A DNA stretch of 28,099 bases from a virus (IMGVR_UViG_3300031963_000742:1-28099); one strand, 5' to 3'; counted from the stretch's first letter, positions 7,858-17,369 are shown. A program made the numbers and translations. The notes: generated by a model from the letters alone, not told the origin.

Positions 7858-8388
7858 TTAAGTCCTTGTTGCTAAAATTACATCAACATATCTAACTGCT
7901 AAATTTAATGAAGCATATGTACCCGAAATTGTAGATCCGACAAGAGGGTGAGCATGCGACGCGTTCGTTCCTGGGTGAGTATTGATTACTCCGGGATCAA
8001 ATGATCCTACAAGACCAAAAAGAGTTTGAGGTCCTGCGGCAGTCGCAGGAGAAATAAACCTTCTACTAACAGCGGGGTTTGTATGGGTATGCAAAGGAAT
8101 TTGAGCAGAAGTAAGTGTTGTGGCACCTAAAGTTCCACCATACGTTAAAGATCCAGATAAACTTCTAGATGTAAGTGCGGTAGTAAAATTTACCGAACCC
8201 CCAGATGATACTGATCCGGAAACGCCGCGCAAAGTATAATCGTCCGCAGAAGTATCTTTGGTCCATCCTGTTGGTGCAGTTGTTTGTACAAAAACCATTG
8301 TTGCACCTTGATAATTTGGATCTTCTGGATCACCACTGTTTATTATCGATGAGAGAACAAATGTGTTTAATGAATTTATTCTAGGCAT
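7858..8388 (-). CDS. Tail-collar-like short fibre/tip protein, paralogue 1
   Basis: APTGWTK, SSGGSVNF, TTLTSAQIPLHTH, SHAH, VRYVDVI. Confidence 0.75.
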   Translation of the reverse strand: MPRINSLNTFVLSSIINSGDPEDPNYQGATMVFVQTTAPTGWTKDTSADDYTLRGVSGSVSSGGSVNFTTALTSRSLSGSLTYGGTLGATTLTSAQIPLHTHTNPAVSRRFISPATAAGPQTLFGLVGSFDPGVINTHPGTNASHAHPLVGSTISGTYASLNLAVRYVDVILATRT

Positions 8389-8390
8389 AA

Positions 8391-11300
8391 TTATCCAAAC
8401 GTAGCTTCAGAACCAAAGACGGTCCATGCGCCACTTGTACGTATTAAAGTAAATGAATAGATTTCTTTTTTACTTGCTGAAGCAGTAGGTACGGTGTTAT
8501 TAAACCAGTTGATTGTTTGAGCGGCACCATCTATTTGTACAGCACTAGGATAATATGCAGTACCACCTTGTATAACAATTATAGAAACAACAATTGTTCT
8601 GTCTGCTGTTGTTGGTACATTTGTAAAGTTTGCTGTCCAGTTTGCTGAAGGACTTGTATGATAAAAAGTTGTACCATTCTGTAAATTATGTGTAACAGTA
8701 CCAGTTGCACCAGTTAATGTAGAGAGAACTTCTGTTGTTTCTGCTAAAGTAGTTACACCAGTAACAGACAAATCACCAGAAATTGTACCACCGCTGGTAG
8801 CTAATCGAGTATTCGCAGAAGCGAAAGCACCATTAGCATAACTTGATGCGGCAGTAACATTTGTTGAAGATGTGTTCGCAGTACCAAACGCCGAATTTGC
8901 GTATGATCCTGAAGTTACTGCTCTTTGATCTGCGGTATTTGCAGCACCAAATGCAGCATTAGCATAAGAACCACTTGTTACTGCTCTTTGGTCAGCCGTT
9001 GCAGCATTAGTGGTAGATGTATTGGCTGCACCATAGGCACTATTAGCATAACTTGATGCTGAACCGGCATTAGTAGTAGCAGTGTTTGCTTGACCGTATG
9101 CAGAGTTAGCATATGAACCTGATGTTACAGCTTTTTGGTCAGCTGTTGCAGCATTAGTAGTAGCAGTGTTTGTTTGAGTATATGCAGCATTAGCATATAC
9201 ACCAGAACTTACTGCTTTCTGATCAGCTGTTGCAGCATTGGTAGTTGCTGTATTTGCTTGGCCATAAGCAGAGTTAGCATAACTACCAGATGTTACAGCA
9301 CGTTGGTCTGAAGTATTAGCAACTCCAAACGCAGCATTAGCATATGTACCACTTGTTACTGCTCTTTGGTCAGCCGTTGCAGCATTGGTGATAGCAGTGT
9401 TTGCTTGACCGTATGCAGAGTTAGCATATGAACCTGATGTTACAGCTTTTTGGTCAGCTGTTGCAGCATTAGTAGTTGCTGTGTTGGCTTGTCCGTATGC
9501 AGCATTAGCATATACACCAGAACTTACTGCTTTCTGATCAGCTGTTGCAGCATTGGTAGTTGCTGTATTTGCTTGGCCATAAGCAGAGTTAGCATAACTA
9601 CCAGATGTTACAGCACGTTGGTCAGCAGTTGCAGCATTAGTGTTTGCAGTATTGGCTTGGTCATAAGCAGAGTTAGCATAATTAGATGCAGATGCGGTAT
9701 TAGCCAATGCAGTATTCGCAACACCAAATGCTGAATTAGCATAACTGGACGCAGAATTAGCAGTATCTCTAGCATATTGATCTGAACCGCTAGTTCCTGT
9801 ATTAGCAGCTGCAAAAGCAGCATTTGCATAAACACCAGCAGAAATAGAATTAACATTGGCTGTATTAGCGACACTGTAAGCTGAATTGGCATAAGAACTG
9901 GCACTTACGGCCGTTTGATTGGCGGTATTAGCTGTATTATATAATTCTTTAATTACATTCGCAGAAGTTAGATTTGCGAATGTAAGATTGCCTGAGCCGT
10001 CAGTTCTAATATAATCATCATTTAAACCACCAGTAATGTGTACATTTCCAATTGGTCCCAACAGAACACTTTTTGCAATACTGGTATCTAAGTTTGCACG
10101 TATATTAACTGTGTTACTCGAAGCAATGACACGAATTTGTTCATTTTCATTATTCATGCCGCCAGTAGCAATCACAACATCATTTTCAATTAATGTGCCA
10201 ATTATTAAACTACCGCCGCCCGTTGTTGTATTTCCTGATACATACAGGTAACCATCATTTGGTCCAACTAAAGTATAATCTGGATCATTATGTGTGCTTG
10301 AGCCGATACCCATATCAATATAAGTATCGTTTTCTGTACCATTGTCAGCAGTTGCAACATAATCTGAAGATGCATTACTTCCAAAGTTAATGTTTTGAAT
10401 GTTTATTTGCGAGTAACTATCTTCGTTTGTCGATGCTTGAAAAACTGTGTGTGGCTGATAATCATATCCAACAGGAATACCGGCATATAATGCGTTATGC
10501 CCATTCGCTTCACCAAAAAATTGGCCACTATTACCTGTAACTTGTAAAGATGTAACATTTCCTACAAAACTAACATTACCCAAAACAGTAAGGTCATTTT
10601 GAACTGTTACATTACCAGTTATTGTACCACCAGATGAATTAAATTTAGTGTTAGCTAATGTATACGCAGAGTTGGCATAAGAGCCAGAAGTTACAGCTCT
10701 TTGATCAGCGGTGTTAGCACCAGCAAAAGCGGCATTAGCATATGTGCCAGCACTTACTGATTTCTGGTCTGCGGTATTAGCCGAAGCAAATCCAGAATTG
10801 GCATAACTGGATGCTGAGTTAGCCACATCAAAAGAACTGTTAGCATATACACCAGATGTTACAGCTTTTTGATCAGCAGTGTTAGCACCAGCAAAAGCGG
10901 CATTAGCATAAACACTAGCACTAACAATATTTGCGTCTAATATAGGTATAGAACTTAGGATGGAGTTTATATTAAGATTAGCAATATTCGCAACACCAAA
11001 TGCTGAGTTAGCATAAGAACCACTTGTTACTGCTCTTTGGTCTGCTGTTGCAGCATTGGTAGTAGCAGTATTTGCCTGATCATAAGCACTATTAGTATTA
11101 ACCAATGTAGTATTAGCAACACCAAATGCTGAGTTAGCATAACTAGAAGCAGATACAGTATTAGATAATGCGGTATTAGCAACATCGTAAGCTGAATTGG
11201 CATAACTGCCACTAATTATAGCTTTTTGATCAGCTGTTGCAGCATTAGTAGTTGCTGTGTTAGCTTGGCCATATGCTGAATTGGCATAACTGGAGGCCGA

Positions 11301-13364
11301 ATTAGCAGCATTTCTTACCCACGTATCAGTGGCATTATTGGCAGTTTCAAATGCAGCATTAGCATATACACCAGAACTAATGGCTTTTTGATCAGCAGTA
11401 GCAGCATTGGTGTTGGCGGTGTTTGCTTGTAAATATGCTGAGTTAGCATAAGAGCCACTTGTTATTGCTCTTTGGTCAGATGTAATCGCATTGGTGTTGG
11501 CAATGTTTGCTTGTAAATATGCTGAATTAGCATAGTCACCAGAAGTAACAGCTCTTTGATCAACAACTGCAATATTCGTATTTGCTGTGTTTGCTTGTAA
11601 ATATGCTGAATTAGCATACGAACTCGCCATAGTAGCTTTACTATCAGAAGTATTGGCTGTAGAGAAAGAACTGTTAGCATAGTCACCAGAAGTAACAGCT
11701 CTTTGATCTGCTGTTGCAGCATTGGTAGTTGCTGTATTAGCTTGACTGTATCCACTATTGGCATAACTACTTGCACTATTTGATGCATCTCTTGCCCAAC
11801 TATCTGTAATTCCACTGTTTGCAACAGCAAATGCAGCATTAGCATATACACCAGCAGAAATAGAATTAATATTTGCTGTATTAGCCACAGAAAATCCAGA
11901 ATTAGCATAATCACCAGAAGTTACTGCCTTTTGATCTGCCGTATTCGCAACAACAAAAGCACTATTTGCATATGAACTAGCTGCGTTAGCTGTATTTCTA
12001 GCTAAAGTGTCTGATGATCCTGTATTTGCTGCAGCATAAGCAGCATTAGCATATACACCAGCAGAAATAGAGTTATTGTTTGCTGTATTGGCTAGACTAT
12101 AAGCACTATTTGCATATGAACCGGATGTTAATGCTTTTTGGTCTGCTGTGGAGGCATCTGTTAATGCTGTATTTGATATACCAAATGCTGAGTTTGCGTA
12201 ATCACCACTTGTTACTGCTTTCTGATCAGCTGTTGCAGCATTTGTTGTTGCAGTATTTGCTTGACTGTAAGCAGCATTGGCATATGAACTGCCAGAGTTA
12301 GCTGTACCAAATGCTGAATTCGTATGATCTACAGGATCATATCCTCTAACTCTAATTGTATCGGTTACTATATTGGCCGTAAGATTTGCAATACTGAAAC
12401 TTGAGTTAGCGATATCGATAACATTATTTGGTGAAGATGTATCGAAACTGGGATCTTCGTAGTTATAAAACAAATAATATTTACCATCTGTAGCATCTCG
12501 GAAAAGACCAGTATGTTTTCTGGTGACACCAGCATCTGGACTATAGTGACCAAAGAAACCCATATCTAAAGTATCAGAAGTTTCATTATTTGCAGCTAGT
12601 TGAATTAATGGATCATCAATTTTAATATCCGAAACTGATATTGTTGTGGCGTTTCCAGATACTATCAAATTACCAGTGATATTTAAATCTCCAGATATTG
12701 TACCACCAGTCAAATTTAATTTACTATTTGCAGTACTGTAAGATGAATTTGCATAAGAACTGGCAGAGTTCGCTACACTAAAGGCTGAATTGGAATAACT
12801 TGAAATAGATAATGTATTGCTTGATGCGGAATTTGCTACACCAAAAGAAGTATTAGCATAGTCACCAGAAGTTACTGCTCTTTGATCCGCTGTAGCTGCA
12901 TTGGTCGTTGCAGTATTTGCTTCATTATAAGCACTATTAGCGTAAGAACTAGCACTACTGGAATTGTCAATAGAAGTATTAGCTTGTGCATAAGCTGAAT
13001 TAGCATACGATCCACTAGTTACTGATTTTTGATCAACAGTATTAGCCGCAGCAAATGCAGAATTAGCATAAACACCAGCACTATTCGCTGTATTTCTAGC
13101 TAAAGTATCTGGTGATCCTGTGTTGGCTGCAGCGTAAGCGGCATTAGCATATACACCAGAACTATTCGCAGTATTTCTAGCATATGCATCTATTGGATCT
13201 GTTACAGCTGTATTCGCCGCAGCAAATGCAGAATTAGCATATGACGCCGCAGAGTTAGCCGCAGCAAAAGCAGAAGATATGTTTGCTGCAATCGATGGAC
13301 TTAAATCAGATTGTTGAATCGTTCCTGGTTGAATTAGACCATCTGTTAGTTGTGTTAATGGCAT
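8391..13364 (-). CDS. Long repetitive virion fibre protein (1657 aa, Ala/Asn/Ser/Thr heptad repeats)
   Basis: Dozens of ANSAY/ANAAF repeats interrupted by two non-repeat domains, each entered through a GGTI(S/T)G motif, plus a C-terminal beta-rich domain. Confidence 0.8.
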   Translation of the reverse strand: MPLTQLTDGLIQPGTIQQSDLSPSIAANISSAFAAANSAASYANSAFAAANTAVTDPIDAYARNTANSSGVYANAAYAAANTGSPDTLARNTANSAGVYANSAFAAANTVDQKSVTSGSYANSAYAQANTSIDNSSSASSYANSAYNEANTATTNAATADQRAVTSGDYANTSFGVANSASSNTLSISSYSNSAFSVANSASSYANSSYSTANSKLNLTGGTISGDLNITGNLIVSGNATTISVSDIKIDDPLIQLAANNETSDTLDMGFFGHYSPDAGVTRKHTGLFRDATDGKYYLFYNYEDPSFDTSSPNNVIDIANSSFSIANLTANIVTDTIRVRGYDPVDHTNSAFGTANSGSSYANAAYSQANTATTNAATADQKAVTSGDYANSAFGISNTALTDASTADQKALTSGSYANSAYSLANTANNNSISAGVYANAAYAAANTGSSDTLARNTANAASSYANSAFVVANTADQKAVTSGDYANSGFSVANTANINSISAGVYANAAFAVANSGITDSWARDASNSASSYANSGYSQANTATTNAATADQRAVTSGDYANSSFSTANTSDSKATMASSYANSAYLQANTANTNIAVVDQRAVTSGDYANSAYLQANIANTNAITSDQRAITSGSYANSAYLQANTANTNAATADQKAISSGVYANAAFETANNATDTWVRNAANSASSYANSAYGQANTATTNAATADQKAIISGSYANSAYDVANTALSNTVSASSYANSAFGVANTTLVNTNSAYDQANTATTNAATADQRAVTSGSYANSAFGVANIANLNINSILSSIPILDANIVSASVYANAAFAGANTADQKAVTSGVYANSSFDVANSASSYANSGFASANTADQKSVSAGTYANAAFAGANTADQRAVTSGSYANSAYTLANTKFNSSGGTITGNVTVQNDLTVLGNVSFVGNVTSLQVTGNSGQFFGEANGHNALYAGIPVGYDYQPHTVFQASTNEDSYSQINIQNINFGSNASSDYVATADNGTENDTYIDMGIGSSTHNDPDYTLVGPNDGYLYVSGNTTTGGGSLIIGTLIENDVVIATGGMNNENEQIRVIASSNTVNIRANLDTSIAKSVLLGPIGNVHITGGLNDDYIRTDGSGNLTFANLTSANVIKELYNTANTANQTAVSASSYANSAYSVANTANVNSISAGVYANAAFAAANTGTSGSDQYARDTANSASSYANSAFGVANTALANTASASNYANSAYDQANTANTNAATADQRAVTSGSYANSAYGQANTATTNAATADQKAVSSGVYANAAYGQANTATTNAATADQKAVTSGSYANSAYGQANTAITNAATADQRAVTSGTYANAAFGVANTSDQRAVTSGSYANSAYGQANTATTNAATADQKAVSSGVYANAAYTQTNTATTNAATADQKAVTSGSYANSAYGQANTATTNAGSASSYANSAYGAANTSTTNAATADQRAVTSGSYANAAFGAANTADQRAVTSGSYANSAFGTANTSSTNVTAASSYANGAFASANTRLATSGGTISGDLSVTGVTTLAETTEVLSTLTGATGTVTHNLQNGTTFYHTSPSANWTANFTNVPTTADRTIVVSIIVIQGGTAYYPSAVQIDGAAQTINWFNNTVPTASASKKEIYSFTLIRTSGAWTVFGSEATFG
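9078..9623. repeat. Near-identical 231-bp intragenic duplication (9078-9308 and 9393-9623)
   Basis: Both copies run from AGCAGTGTTTGCTTGACCGTATG to GTTACAGCACGTTGGTC. Offset is 315 bp (105 aa), with mismatches in one central patch. Confidence 0.85.
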
Positions 13365-13376
13365 ATCTTTTTCTTT

Positions 13377-16058
13377 TTATTTTGTTAAAAATGTTGATGT
13401 AGGTGGTGTAAAGTTAGAAGTATATCGTGCGTAACCCTTGGTAATGCGGAAGTCATCAATATAGCCATTAAAGTAGTAGTTATCGATGTCCACATAATAT
13501 CTTCCTAAAGCCATCACCTTTAGTGTTGTTGCTTGCGATGTCGTAGCAGGAGTGCCTTCGCTTGTTCCGTTCAAATAAAGTTTTAATTGCGTACCATCGT
13601 GTACCACAGCAAAGTGATACCAAGTGTTTGCACTTATCGTTGTTGATGATGAAATAGTCACCAATGCACTTCCAGAGGTGGCTATCTCAACATTTATTTT
13701 CAACGGACTCCCAAACAATGTGATAGCAATAGCATAGGCTGATATGCCGCTGTTTCGCGTTGTATAGATGCCGTAAATTTGCCCAGCAGTTGCAGCCGAT
13801 GGGTATATCCAGCCTTCTATTGTGAACTTTTCGTTAGATGCAAAAGGCACTAACTCGCTTGACGGAAACTTTAGGTAATCCCCCGTACCATCGAAGTACA
13901 TCGAGCTACCACCAAACTTACTCTGCGTCGTGCTGATCCGCGCGTTGCCTACTGTCTCTAGTACGTTCTTGGCGGCCGAGTCTACGACACCTGCGTTGGT
14001 GAAGTTGAGGAACAGGCTGGTCGCGGACGCAGCGAAAGAAGTGTTGACGTTTGATGTGCTCGGATAGGCCGAAGCGGAATCTGCGCCAGATGCCGATAGC
14101 GGCCTTGTCGGTGGAGTAAATGCACCCGTATAAACCGCAGTGCCTTTAACAAATCTTGCATTAGAAATAAAACCAGGGAAGAACCAAGTATCACCTCGAT
14201 TGCAACCAATGTTTACACCACCTACTCCAGTCGAGCCCCAACTTCCGTAATTGGCAGTTGCGTAACGTGTTCCATTAATAAAAATTGATATGTTGCCGCT
14301 AACATCTCTTACGAACACTACGTGGTGCCATGCTCCTATTATCCAAGTAAAGGTTGCAGTTAAAATTGTACTGCCCGAACTTGTAGCCTGCCACACTACA
14401 TTTGAACTAGATAATACAAACCTAAAGGGTTGACATTCGCTGATGTCAAAAATACAGTTAGTAGTCAATGCTGAGGTAGGATATATCCAACATTCGTAGG
14501 TAAAGGTGGTTATAGAACTAAATCCTTCTCCTGTACTTGGTACTCTTAAAAAATCTCCAGTACCATCAAAGAACCCACTACCACCTACAGTAGCCGCGCT
14601 GTATGCAGCAGTAGGAGCGAATGGGCTGAAGGCTTGGACGCTAACATCACCGTGGCGTGTGATAGCAAAACCGTTGGTGCTGTTGTCGATAAAACGATTC
14701 GACTGACATGTTAGTAACGAAGTGTTCGTAATTGCTGTTAGCGGTGCGGTTGGTACAGTCAACGTAGTGAGTGTCGGATCATAGGGCGTTGAACCTTTTA
14801 TAACCCTTGCATTAGAAATATATCCAGTAAACGGGTCTGTTCCACTAGCATATGCCCCGACTCTTACATCTGTAGTAGCGGAGTAATTATTACTATGGCT
14901 TGATAAAGTTGCCGACCTACTACCATTTACAAATAAAGAAAGTGTTGTACCAGACCTGCATACTGCAACATGGTTCCATTGGTTAATGGCAGGGGCAGAT
15001 GGGTTCAGCCAAATCGTATTCCATCCCTGCCAACGAATTAACCCTGTACCAGTAATCATCAACGCCCATTGAGCATCGCTGTTGCTCTCAAGATTGGCAA
15101 CTAAATAACCGCCGGTAGCAGTACTCGATGTCTTATAAAACCAGCACTCTACACAGAAGTCACCAGCGCCAAAAGACGTAGAGCTGCCTGAAGCAGTCTG
15201 TAAGTAATCGCCAGTTCCATCAAAGAAGTTACTCCACCCAGTCTGGCTAAACGGCGAGAACGTACCCTGCGTCGTGTTGCCGTTACGAGTAATGGTGAAG
15301 TTATTAGTGCTGGAATCTTGGAACACGTTGTTGTTAGCATTGTTTGTGCCATTACCCGATAACAACAATGTAGTTAGGTTGAAGTATGGGTCAGGAATTT
15401 GTACTGTTATATTAAATGATCTTGCAGTTTCTTGGTTTTGTGCATCAATCGCATCAACACTAAAACTATAAGTCGTTTCTGTACCTACACTCACTGTGCC
15501 ATAAAAATATCCATTTGATGCTAAGAATGTACCTGAAGGCAAAGAACTACCAGAAGAAACTGCATATGTAATTGTACCATCGCCTGCTGCACCTGAAGCC
15601 ACTAAATTAATTGCAAATGCGGTCCCTGAGTCTTGAGTTGTTAATGGTGATGTTGTAGTCCATGAAGGTGTACCATTTGCATTAAGTGATCGTAAATAGA
15701 TAGAACCCGATCCATCTGTATTGACCACATAAACATCTAATAATCCACTACTTAATGCTGGTACTGTAACATTTAATCGTGAAGAACTTACAAATGCTGT
15801 TGATGTTGCTGCTGTACCTTGAATGTAAACTACAGCACCACTTTGAAATCCTGTACCATTGATAATCATGAATCCGCCAGCTGTATCGATGGCAGTATCA
15901 TCTTTTACGACAAACGTAGAATTCGCAATTTGAATTGAAGAAATATTTACTGTTGCACCGCCACCACCACTACCTGTAATAATATTTACGGGTGTCGCTG
16001 CTGCAGCTGTAACACCTCTATTGACTAGTGTTTGCGAACCCGTTCTACGAATTGCCAT
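13377..16058 (-). CDS. Virion adhesin with IPT/Ig-like N-terminus and three LamG/concanavalin-A-like domains
   Basis: Three repeats of FDGTGD(Y/F)L, F(T/C)xExW(I/F)Y, WxHxAxx and GYI(S/D) motifs. N-terminal INGTGFQSGAVV (IPT-like) and LPSG (Ig-like). Confidence 0.85.
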   Translation of the reverse strand: MAIRRTGSQTLVNRGVTAAAATPVNIITGSGGGGATVNISSIQIANSTFVVKDDTAIDTAGGFMIINGTGFQSGAVVYIQGTAATSTAFVSSSRLNVTVPALSSGLLDVYVVNTDGSGSIYLRSLNANGTPSWTTTSPLTTQDSGTAFAINLVASGAAGDGTITYAVSSGSSLPSGTFLASNGYFYGTVSVGTETTYSFSVDAIDAQNQETARSFNITVQIPDPYFNLTTLLLSGNGTNNANNNVFQDSSTNNFTITRNGNTTQGTFSPFSQTGWSNFFDGTGDYLQTASGSSTSFGAGDFCVECWFYKTSSTATGGYLVANLESNSDAQWALMITGTGLIRWQGWNTIWLNPSAPAINQWNHVAVCRSGTTLSLFVNGSRSATLSSHSNNYSATTDVRVGAYASGTDPFTGYISNARVIKGSTPYDPTLTTLTVPTAPLTAITNTSLLTCQSNRFIDNSTNGFAITRHGDVSVQAFSPFAPTAAYSAATVGGSGFFDGTGDFLRVPSTGEGFSSITTFTYECWIYPTSALTTNCIFDISECQPFRFVLSSSNVVWQATSSGSTILTATFTWIIGAWHHVVFVRDVSGNISIFINGTRYATANYGSWGSTGVGGVNIGCNRGDTWFFPGFISNARFVKGTAVYTGAFTPPTRPLSASGADSASAYPSTSNVNTSFAASATSLFLNFTNAGVVDSAAKNVLETVGNARISTTQSKFGGSSMYFDGTGDYLKFPSSELVPFASNEKFTIEGWIYPSAATAGQIYGIYTTRNSGISAYAIAITLFGSPLKINVEIATSGSALVTISSSTTISANTWYHFAVVHDGTQLKLYLNGTSEGTPATTSQATTLKVMALGRYYVDIDNYYFNGYIDDFRITKGYARYTSNFTPPTSTFLTK

Positions 16059-16387
16059 TAGGTCAACTCCGTACCAAATAGATTGAAACTTAAACTGGTA
16101 TTATTTGCATACACAGTGATTACATCGGTATTACCTAATGTCATACCCATCGTTAAATGAATCGAATCATTTCCTGGTACGGCAGTATCATATGCTATGT
16201 AATGTTTGTTTGCAATGGTTTCACCGGCAGGACGTATAGCAATTCTAAATGTACCACCAGTTGATGAACGATTACATACTGAGATTGATGATGCTACTGC
16301 TTGAGTAGATGCAGGTACAGTATATAATGTCGTATCAGTTGTGGCTGATGGTGCTGATTGTCCTAAAACTTTATATGTTGTTGGCAT
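16058..16387 (-). CDS. Phage structural/hypothetical protein (109 aa)
   Basis: MPTTYKVLGQSAPSATTDTTLYTVP...SFNLFGTELT, beta-rich, TAATG-coupled to the LamG gene. Confidence 0.75.
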   Translation of the reverse strand: MPTTYKVLGQSAPSATTDTTLYTVPASTQAVASSISVCNRSSTGGTFRIAIRPAGETIANKHYIAYDTAVPGNDSIHLTMGMTLGNTDVITVYANNTSLSFNLFGTELT

Positions 16388-16389
16388 TT

Positions 16390-16542
16390 TTACATTCCCG
16401 AAAGTACGAATGGATGAAATTGTGCTGCTGTATTTGCTGTAGCCATTGCGTAATTAATGTTCGCAGTAACTTCAGTATTTAAGTCTACTGTTTTAATTGT
16501 ACCTGGTTTAATAAGACCAGTTGATAGTTTTGTAATCGTCAT
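16390..16542 (-). CDS. 50-aa protein homologous to the N-terminus of the 1657-aa fibre
   Basis: MTITKLSTGLIKPGTIKTVDLNTEVTANINYAMATANTAAQFHPFVLSGM*. Not in the ORF track. Confidence 0.75.
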   Translation of the reverse strand: MTITKLSTGLIKPGTIKTVDLNTEVTANINYAMATANTAAQFHPFVLSGM

Positions 16543-16546
16543 ATGT

Positions 16547-16621
16547 TTAGAAAGTAATTGAACCTGAACCTGTGAATGTGTAAATCGTATCTGAACCTAA
16601 TGTTGTAACTGTTATTTTTAA
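16547..16621 (-). pseudogene. Orphan C-terminal remnant of a glycine-rich fibre-type gene
   Basis: Start-less frame LKITVTTLGSDTIYTFTGSGSITF* begins 1 nt after the upstream gene's stop. Confidence 0.6.
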
Positions 16622-16622
16622 A

Positions 16623-17267
16623 TTAAGCCCATGTGCCAATAGAAATATTTGAACCTGAACTTCCGAGTTTGGTTAATTTGCAATAACTTCCTATTGAAGT
16701 TGTATAAGCACCACCAGGTGCTGCACTTAATAAATATAGTGGAATAAAAGTTCCTCCTGAATTTATACTAAAACTTCCACGAATTTGAATTACAATAAAT
16801 CCCGCAGCACTAGTTAAACCACTTAAAATTGCTGTTTGAGTGTTAACAGAAATGAATGATTGAATACTATCTGTAGTTATACCTTGAGTAAAACTGGCAG
16901 TATTATATTTAATTATACTTGAATAGTTTATATTATTAAAAGTTGATGTTCCACCAAATCCAATTAAAAAGTTATGTGATGTTACACCGGCTGATTTAGA
17001 AAATGCGTAAAGGGCTTCAATTTCATATTGAGTATTTGATTCTACTGTAGCAGAAGCTCCAAAAACACTTTGATTTCCGGTAGCATTTGAACCAACTACA
17101 GGTGAATTTAATCGATATAATAAGAAATCTGTTTTATTAACACATGAAGTTAATCTACCTTGAGCATCAACTGTTAATGACGGAGATAAACCCGATGTAT
17201 TACCATAAGAACCTGGTGTAACTTCGGTATTTGCTAAATTAAATGATTTTACTCTTGTATTGGCCAT
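16623..17267 (-). CDS. Tail-fibre-related protein
   Basis: N-terminal VTPGSYG...LTVDAQGRLTS fibre motif, Ser/Gly/Thr-rich beta domain, SD GAGG. Confidence 0.7.
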   Translation of the reverse strand: MANTRVKSFNLANTEVTPGSYGNTSGLSPSLTVDAQGRLTSCVNKTDFLLYRLNSPVVGSNATGNQSVFGASATVESNTQYEIEALYAFSKSAGVTSHNFLIGFGGTSTFNNINYSSIIKYNTASFTQGITTDSIQSFISVNTQTAILSGLTSAAGFIVIQIRGSFSINSGGTFIPLYLLSAAPGGAYTTSIGSYCKLTKLGSSGSNISIGTWA

Positions 17268-17289
17268 GAATACCTCTTGATTGATACAC

Positions 17290-17296
17290 TATTTAG
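17290..17296 (-). promoter_or_regulatory. Late-promoter variant CTAAATA heading the fibre cluster
   Basis: Minus strand reads GACTAAATAGTGTATCAATCAAGAGGTATTCATG. Confidence 0.6.
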
Positions 17297-17369
17297 TCAA
17301 ACTCACAATTACCCTATTTTATATTGCAGCACAACATAAAATTGGATATATACTTGTATAGGAGTTTTT

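Noticed and set aside
8800-13300. Periodic TTAGCATA/GCAGCATT repeats as a CRISPR array
   Set aside because: They are degenerate, codon-phased and inside one open 1657-aa frame, with no unique spacers or cas genes
9450-15471. Track ORFs nested in or antisense to the fibre and LamG genes (e.g. 11462..11914, 9608..9904)
   Set aside because: Shadow frames of repetitive coding sequence with no SD or motifs
6890-16058. Diversity-generating retroelement acting on fibre or collar genes
   Set aside because: No reverse transcriptase in the window, and no repeat pair differing only at adenines was seen; the 231-bp duplication is in-frame coding sequence
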